Origin: Candidatus Thiodiazotropha sp.
GTDB taxonomy: Bacteria; Pseudomonadota; Gammaproteobacteria; Chromatiales; Chromatiaceae
Direction of reading: 5' to 3'
Length of the DNA: 64,000 bases
Assembly (NCBI GenBank): GCA_037384445.1
Contig: JARRNY010000033.1
Span: forward strand, 44 to 64,043
Below the pieces are notes generated by a model. That model worked only from the letters and a program-made list of their open reading frames with translations. It ran no database searches and was not told the origin of the DNA. Position 1 is the stretch's first letter; the number at the start of each line of letters is the position of its first letter. Positions 58,753-64,000 of the stretch are shown here, piece by piece. Position numbers and translations under genes: made by a program.

Positions 58753-61700
58753 ATGCAGTTCAGGGATTTTTGGCTGGCCTTGGTCGGCCTGATTGCGGGG
58801 TTCGTAATGACAGCAACCCTGCAAGGCAGCCTGATTTGCGCTTTGATCGGTGCTGTGATTGCTCTGCAACTGCATCGCCGGGATCAGCACAAGCGGTTAA
58901 CGGCAGTTGAAAGAGAACTGCAGGACCTGCATCAACAGTTGGCGCGGGGAGAGAAGCGGCAGCAGGCCGAAGCGCGATCGGGGCCAGCGGCCGACAAGCC
59001 GGCTGAAACGCCCGAGGCCAAAGTGGCGTTCGCTGCGACATCCTCCGTTCCGTCGGTCTCGGTATCTCCCCGCCAGGGTTCGCCAGAGCCGGTGGTGCAG
59101 GAGAGCCCCGACAAGCCATCCATACCAGAGCCGAAGTCTGAGCGGGTCCTGCAACAGGAGAGGGAGGAGGAGTCGCTCACTCTCGATCAGGTCTATCTTG
59201 ATCAACAGTTGAACGAAGGGGAGGCCAAGGCAGCGAGCTCTGGTTCGGGTTCCCAGCCGGCGTCCTCTGAAATCCCGCAATCCCCTCGCGCTCCCCGTCT
59301 GCCCAACCTGCTGGAAAAGGGACTTCAGGCGGCAAAGGTGTGGCTGACCGCTGGCAATCCCCTGTTGAAAGTGGGCATCCTGCTGCTCTTCCTGGGGCTG
59401 GCTTTTCTACTTCGCTATGCCGCAGAGCGGGTCACACTGCCGATTGAGTTCCGCTATATGGGGGTGGCAGCGGTGGCGATCGCCCTGCTTGCCATCGGTT
59501 GGCGCTTGCGCAGGAAAAATGCCGCCTACGCCCTGTCGCTCCAGGGCGCGGGTATCGCCGTGCTCTATCTGACCGTGTTTGCCGCTCTGCATCTGCATCA
59601 ACTGCTGTCGCCAGGTCTGGCCTTTGGTTTTTTGTTGGTAGTCGTGATCTGCGCCACCCTGCTTGCGGTGGTACAGAATGCCCTGGCATTGGCGCTGGTC
59701 AGTACCATCGGCGGCTTTGCCGCGCCGCTACTGACTGCCACCGGCGATCAGCTGGCCCTGTTCAGCTACTACCTGCTGCTCAATCTGGGCATTGTCGCTG
59801 TCGCCTGGTACAAGGCCTGGCGGCCACTCAATCTGGTGGGTTTCGTCGCCACATTCAGTATCGGTCTCTGGTGGGGGTTGAAGTTCTATCACCCGGAGCT
59901 GTGGCTGCAGACCGAGGCCTTTCTGGTTAGCTTCTTTCTGCTCTATCTGTTGATCGGTCTGCTCTTTGCTCACCGTAAGCTGCGAGAGGAGAGCGATGCG
60001 CCGCTGGATGCCGGTCTTACGACCCTGATGCGCTGGGCGGCAGGACGTACAGACTATATCGATGCGACGCTGATGTTCGGGCCGCCTCTGGTCGGTTTCG
60101 GCATGCAGTACGCCATTATCTCCCGCTTTGAATTCGGTCCCGCCTACAGCGCCCTGATCCTGGGACTGCTCTATCTGGGGTTGGCGATGCTGCTGTGGCG
60201 TCGCCTGGGACGGGTCCGTCACTTGATGGTTGAGGTCTATTTGGCGCTGGGGGTGATCTTCGGCACGCTGGCAGTGCCGTTAGCGCTGGATGCGCAATGG
60301 ACCTCCGCGATCTGGGCGGTGGAGGGTGCAGGGATCTACTGGGTCTCCCTGCGGCAGCGCAGGATCCTCTCGCGGCTCTTCGCTCTGCTGTTGCAGGGTG
60401 GGGCGATGGTCGCTTTTCTGCCTACGTTGCATCCGGCTGCAGAGACTCTGCTGGAGGGCGCCTATCTGAGCGGTTTGGGCATGCTCTATCTGATCCCACC
60501 CTTGCTGCTGCCACTTGAGCCCTGTGTGGCGGTCTGGGCGGTAGCTGGTTTCCTCACCGTGTGGGCTGGTAGCTACCTGGGAAGAGGGATCTATCATCTT
60601 CCCGGCCTGCTGGTGCAGGCCCTTGGCGGGCTCGGTTTTCTCTCCACCCTCTCGCTTGGAATTGACAGCGTGCTTGATGGCTCCTACCTGACTGCGTTGG
60701 TGATCGGTGTTGCCCTGCTGCTCAGTCACGACAGATTGTTGCGGCAGGCTGAGCAGGCCGCTCGCTGGCGCGGGTATGTGGAGGCGCTACTGGTGGTGTT
60801 CGGCTTTGGCCTGCTCTATCTGCTGCCGCCACTGTTGCTCTCTTTGGAGAATAGCGTAGCAGTGTGGGCGCTGGCAGGCCTGGCGACGCTGTATGCCGGC
60901 TTGCGCCTGAACAGACACATCTATCTGTTACCCGCCTTTGCCGTTCAACTGGTGGCGGGTGGACTGTTTGTGCTGCAACTCACGCCACAGGATCCGCTCA
61001 ATGGGGCGGGGGTGTTCGATACCGGCTGGCGCGGACTTTTCAGTGCCATGTTGATCGGTGTTTCGCTGTTGGCGGGGGTGTGGATGGCGTTGCGCAACCG
61101 CGCTCTGCGCGAACTGCCTGCCTTCACTACCGGTAGCTCTGTGCTGGTGCTGATCGGGCTGGTGTTGATGAATCTGGCTGTGCTCTTTGTGCTGCCCTGG
61201 CAGGCGGCCAGCGGGGTATGGGCAGCCAGTGGTCTGGTCATTCTCTGGATGGGGCTTACCCTGCGGCATCAGGTCACCTTTTTCTTCGGTCTGGCCATTC
61301 AGCTGGTCGGTGGTGCTGTCTTTCTCCAGCAGTTTGTCTATTTGCCGATCCAGGGTTCGGATGCCGCCCTCTCCCCTTTGAGTGGCGCCTCTTTCTGGTC
61401 GCCTGTGGCGCTCTCGCTGGTGGCCTTTGTGGCGGGCCTGCTGCTGCATCGCTATCAGCTTAGGCAAAGCGAGGGTGACGCGCATCCCTCGCTGGGATGG
61501 GTGGGATCGAATATGGCGCTGGTCTGGGGAGCGGGTTGGTGGGCCTTCACGCTCTATACCCAGATCGTCGGCTTTGCTCCGGCAAATCTGTGGACGGCCT
61601 ATCTTCTGTTGGGGGCTGCCCTGTCGAGTCTGCTCTGGTCTCTGCCGGTGAAGCGGCTTGCCTGGCCTTCGCTGGGGATCCTGAGCCTCTCCCTGGCGCC

Positions 61701-62637
61701 GGTTGGGGCAGTGATTCTGTTGGCGGTATTCCACACCGCTTACCATCCGGCGGCAAACCTGGGTTGGCTGGCCTGGCTGGTGCTCTTTTCTCTTCACTTC
61801 TGGATCTTGAAACGGCTGGATGGCGTACTCCCGACCCAGTTTATCCACCCCCTGCATCTGATCGGCATCTGGTTACTGTTGGCGGTCGGGTCTCTGGAGT
61901 TGCGTTATCTGCTGATGGCCCTGGCGGAGCAACACAACGCCTGGCGCTGGCTGGGTTGGGCTGCTGTACCCAGTCTCTATCTGCTGCTGGTGACCTTTGC
62001 GCGGCGTCTGCCCTGGCCCTTCAACGCTTATGAGCGGGTCTACCGGCTACTGGCTGTATTGCCGGTAGCCGGCTTGATGGCCGCCTGGATGTTGGCTGCC
62101 ATCGTCTTTAGTGACGGTTCGGCACAACCGTTACCCTATCTGCCATTGATGAATCCGTTGATGCTGAGCCTGTTGCTGGTGCTCTACGCGCTCTACTCCT
62201 GGTGGTGGGGGATGAATGGTCTCTTGCTGCCGAAGATAGGGCGGCGAATTCCGCTGGCGTTAACGGCTGCGGCACTGTTTCTGATACTGACCAGCGAGGT
62301 GTTCCGTACCGCTCACCATTGGCTTGCTGTGCCTTTTCGCCTCGATGCGCTGTTGGCGTCGATGCCGGTACAGGCGGGCCTCTCTCTGTTGTGGACATCG
62401 ATGGCGCTGGTGGCGATGGTCCTCGGTACCCGTCGCAACGAGCGTCTGGTCTGGATTGCCGGTGCTGCCCTGATTGGCGTGGTGGTGGTCAAACTGTTCC
62501 TGGTGGAGTTGAGCCAACACGGAAGCATCGAACGCATCTTCTCCTTTATCGGGGTTGGCGCATTGTTACTGGTGGTCGGGTATTTTTCGCCGCTTCCGCC
62601 TAAATCTGAACCGGTCATGAAGGAAGAGACAAAGTGA
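58753..62637 (+). CDS. DUF2339 large polytopic membrane protein
   Basis: GNPLLKVGILLLFLG, LSLQGAGI, WTSAIWAVEG, VVKLFLVELS..RIFSFIGVG..YFSPLPP. Confidence 0.88.
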   Translation: MQFRDFWLALVGLIAGFVMTATLQGSLICALIGAVIALQLHRRDQHKRLTAVERELQDLHQQLARGEKRQQAEARSGPAADKPAETPEAKVAFAATSSVPSVSVSPRQGSPEPVVQESPDKPSIPEPKSERVLQQEREEESLTLDQVYLDQQLNEGEAKAASSGSGSQPASSEIPQSPRAPRLPNLLEKGLQAAKVWLTAGNPLLKVGILLLFLGLAFLLRYAAERVTLPIEFRYMGVAAVAIALLAIGWRLRRKNAAYALSLQGAGIAVLYLTVFAALHLHQLLSPGLAFGFLLVVVICATLLAVVQNALALALVSTIGGFAAPLLTATGDQLALFSYYLLLNLGIVAVAWYKAWRPLNLVGFVATFSIGLWWGLKFYHPELWLQTEAFLVSFFLLYLLIGLLFAHRKLREESDAPLDAGLTTLMRWAAGRTDYIDATLMFGPPLVGFGMQYAIISRFEFGPAYSALILGLLYLGLAMLLWRRLGRVRHLMVEVYLALGVIFGTLAVPLALDAQWTSAIWAVEGAGIYWVSLRQRRILSRLFALLLQGGAMVAFLPTLHPAAETLLEGAYLSGLGMLYLIPPLLLPLEPCVAVWAVAGFLTVWAGSYLGRGIYHLPGLLVQALGGLGFLSTLSLGIDSVLDGSYLTALVIGVALLLSHDRLLRQAEQAARWRGYVEALLVVFGFGLLYLLPPLLLSLENSVAVWALAGLATLYAGLRLNRHIYLLPAFAVQLVAGGLFVLQLTPQDPLNGAGVFDTGWRGLFSAMLIGVSLLAGVWMALRNRALRELPAFTTGSSVLVLIGLVLMNLAVLFVLPWQAASGVWAASGLVILWMGLTLRHQVTFFFGLAIQLVGGAVFLQQFVYLPIQGSDAALSPLSGASFWSPVALSLVAFVAGLLLHRYQLRQSEGDAHPSLGWVGSNMALVWGAGWWAFTLYTQIVGFAPANLWTAYLLLGAALSSLLWSLPVKRLAWPSLGILSLSLAPVGAVILLAVFHTAYHPAANLGWLAWLVLFSLHFWILKRLDGVLPTQFIHPLHLIGIWLLLAVGSLELRYLLMALAEQHNAWRWLGWAAVPSLYLLLVTFARRLPWPFNAYERVYRLLAVLPVAGLMAAWMLAAIVFSDGSAQPLPYLPLMNPLMLSLLLVLYALYSWWWGMNGLLLPKIGRRIPLALTAAALFLILTSEVFRTAHHWLAVPFRLDALLASMPVQAGLSLLWTSMALVAMVLGTRRNERLVWIAGAALIGVVVVKLFLVELSQHGSIERIFSFIGVGALLLVVGYFSPLPPKSEPVMKEETK

Positions 62638-64000
62638 TGAGAGTGAATCGCAAAGGTGTGGTTTGGTTGCTTGCCGGCTGTTTGATGGGTCTGTCGACCC
62701 GGACTCTCTTGGCAACGTCGGCAGCGGCAGAGGAGAGTTTTTCCACCCATCGCGCACTGGTATTGGAAGGTGAGGGTCCCTGGTATCAGGTCGATCTGCC
62801 TGCCACGCTGCGACTCGCTTCGCAGCGAAGGGATTTTGCCGATATCCGGGTATTTGATGCGCAGGGTCAGGCGATGCCTTTTTCATTGTTGCGTCCGCAG
62901 ACCGAATACAAGATCTCTGAACAGCGCCATGAAGTGGCGATCTTTCCGCTCTACAGTGAAAGTCCGTCGGATGACGATCCGGTGCCGACAGTCAGGTTGG
63001 AGAGCAATGCCAGAGGTACCTTGATCGAAGTGATTCCGGCATCGGGTGACACCGAGCCGCAAGCCGGTGTGCGTCGTGGCTGGTTACTCGATACCAGCGC
63101 TCTCGAGGGCGACATGGTGCGTATGAGTCTGGATTGGGTTGCTGCCGAGGATAGCGCCTCTTTTCAGCGCTTTGCCATCGAGGGCAGCGATGACTTGCAG
63201 CAATGGCGAAGGCTCGGTAACGGGCAAGCGGTGCGCATGACCTTCAATGGCGCAGAGATCGATCAGCGTGATGTCCGCTTGCCTCGACTCAGCAGCCGCT
63301 ATCTGCGTCTGATCTGGCAGGAGCCGAGTCAGGCGCCTCTCTTGCAGCGGGTCTCAGTGGTTGAGAATCGCACCCTTTCCAAATCGCCCTCCCTGAGTTG
63401 GACATCTCCCCTGTCGGCCGAGCGGTCTCCGGAGGGGGACTATCGTTTGCAACTACCCCGCAGCATGCCGTTGGAGCGGATGCGGGTCGAACTGCCACAG
63501 ATCAATACCCTGGCGCCGTTGAAGGTAAGCGGTGGTTATCTGGATCGCAAAGGACGTGAGGTGTGGAGTCCGTTGGGCGAGGCTTTGGTCTATCGGTTGT
63601 CCCTCAATGGCCATGAAGCGGAACAGAACGAAATCCCGCTTTCACCCCGTGCTTTCGATCTGTTTCGCATCCGCGCCAGTGGTGGCGGACTCGACATGCC
63701 GCGCTTGAAGATAAAGCTGGGACTCGCGCCGATGCAGCTGGTCTTTCTGGCGCGGGGCGAGGGGCCCTATCGTCTCTCTCTGGGAAACCCCGAGGCCGGT
63801 TCAGCCGACCTGCCGATCAAAACGCTGATGCCGCCGATCGAAGGGGTTACGCCGGTTGCCGCTATGGCTCGCCTGGGTGAGGCAATGGCGACAGTCCCTC
63901 CGGCAGAGACGATGACAGACAGTGGTGGCAGGGCGGCGTGGAGTTGGAAAAACTTTCTTCTCTGGGGGGTGCTCTTCGTCGGTGTTATCCTGCTGGTTTT
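62637..64000 (+). CDS. DUF3999-like exported protein with C-terminal TM anchor (runs off window)
   Basis: Hand-read frame from ATG 62637 (TGATG overlap): signal peptide, GEGPWYQVDLP, DIRVFDAQGQAMPF, LVFLARGEGPYRL, LLWGVLFVGV; probably absent from the ORF track because it has no stop in the window. Confidence 0.8.
   Translation, partial: MRVNRKGVVWLLAGCLMGLSTRTLLATSAAAEESFSTHRALVLEGEGPWYQVDLPATLRLASQRRDFADIRVFDAQGQAMPFSLLRPQTEYKISEQRHEVAIFPLYSESPSDDDPVPTVRLESNARGTLIEVIPASGDTEPQAGVRRGWLLDTSALEGDMVRMSLDWVAAEDSASFQRFAIEGSDDLQQWRRLGNGQAVRMTFNGAEIDQRDVRLPRLSSRYLRLIWQEPSQAPLLQRVSVVENRTLSKSPSLSWTSPLSAERSPEGDYRLQLPRSMPLERMRVELPQINTLAPLKVSGGYLDRKGREVWSPLGEALVYRLSLNGHEAEQNEIPLSPRAFDLFRIRASGGGLDMPRLKIKLGLAPMQLVFLARGEGPYRLSLGNPEAGSADLPIKTLMPPIEGVTPVAAMARLGEAMATVPPAETMTDSGGRAAWSWKNFLLWGVLFVGVILLV

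Overview
This is a 64-kb, GC-rich, mostly core chromosomal segment of a gammaproteobacterium. A Chromatiales/Sedimenticolaceae-like sulfur oxidiser is my inference from gene order and protein style, not a proven assignment. Recognisable content, in order: ubiA (partial), a secreted YyaL-DsbD fusion, exeAB, comF/bioBFHCD with a BirA box, ftsYEX-rpoH, an M16 peptidase pair, rsmD-coaD-fdx-ggt, an Lpp/OprI-like lipoprotein beside an L,D-transpeptidase, ychF-tRNA-Met, amt, queD, a PPTase, a TPAT-type TRAP system, an alanine/glycine symporter, bolA-hda-wrbA-arsC, a tetR-yciI-tag insert, yihY, a thioredoxin-thioredoxin-TolC-MFP operon, sfsA, cpdA, oxyR, an aldolase/SDR fusion, fabA and DUF2339/DUF3999. 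I saw no phage, integrase, transposase or CRISPR array. The most interesting signals are: (i) a candidate leaderless 33-aa leader peptide with alternative terminator/antiterminator folds ahead of an EamA exporter; (ii) four correctly spaced sigma28-like promoters within 8.3 kb, each in front of a poorly characterised gene; (iii) a sigmaE promoter plus CIRCE at rpoH; (iv) several MITE/REP-like elements, one of which overlaps the stop codons of both flanking genes. All calls come from reading the sequence by eye; no searches were run.
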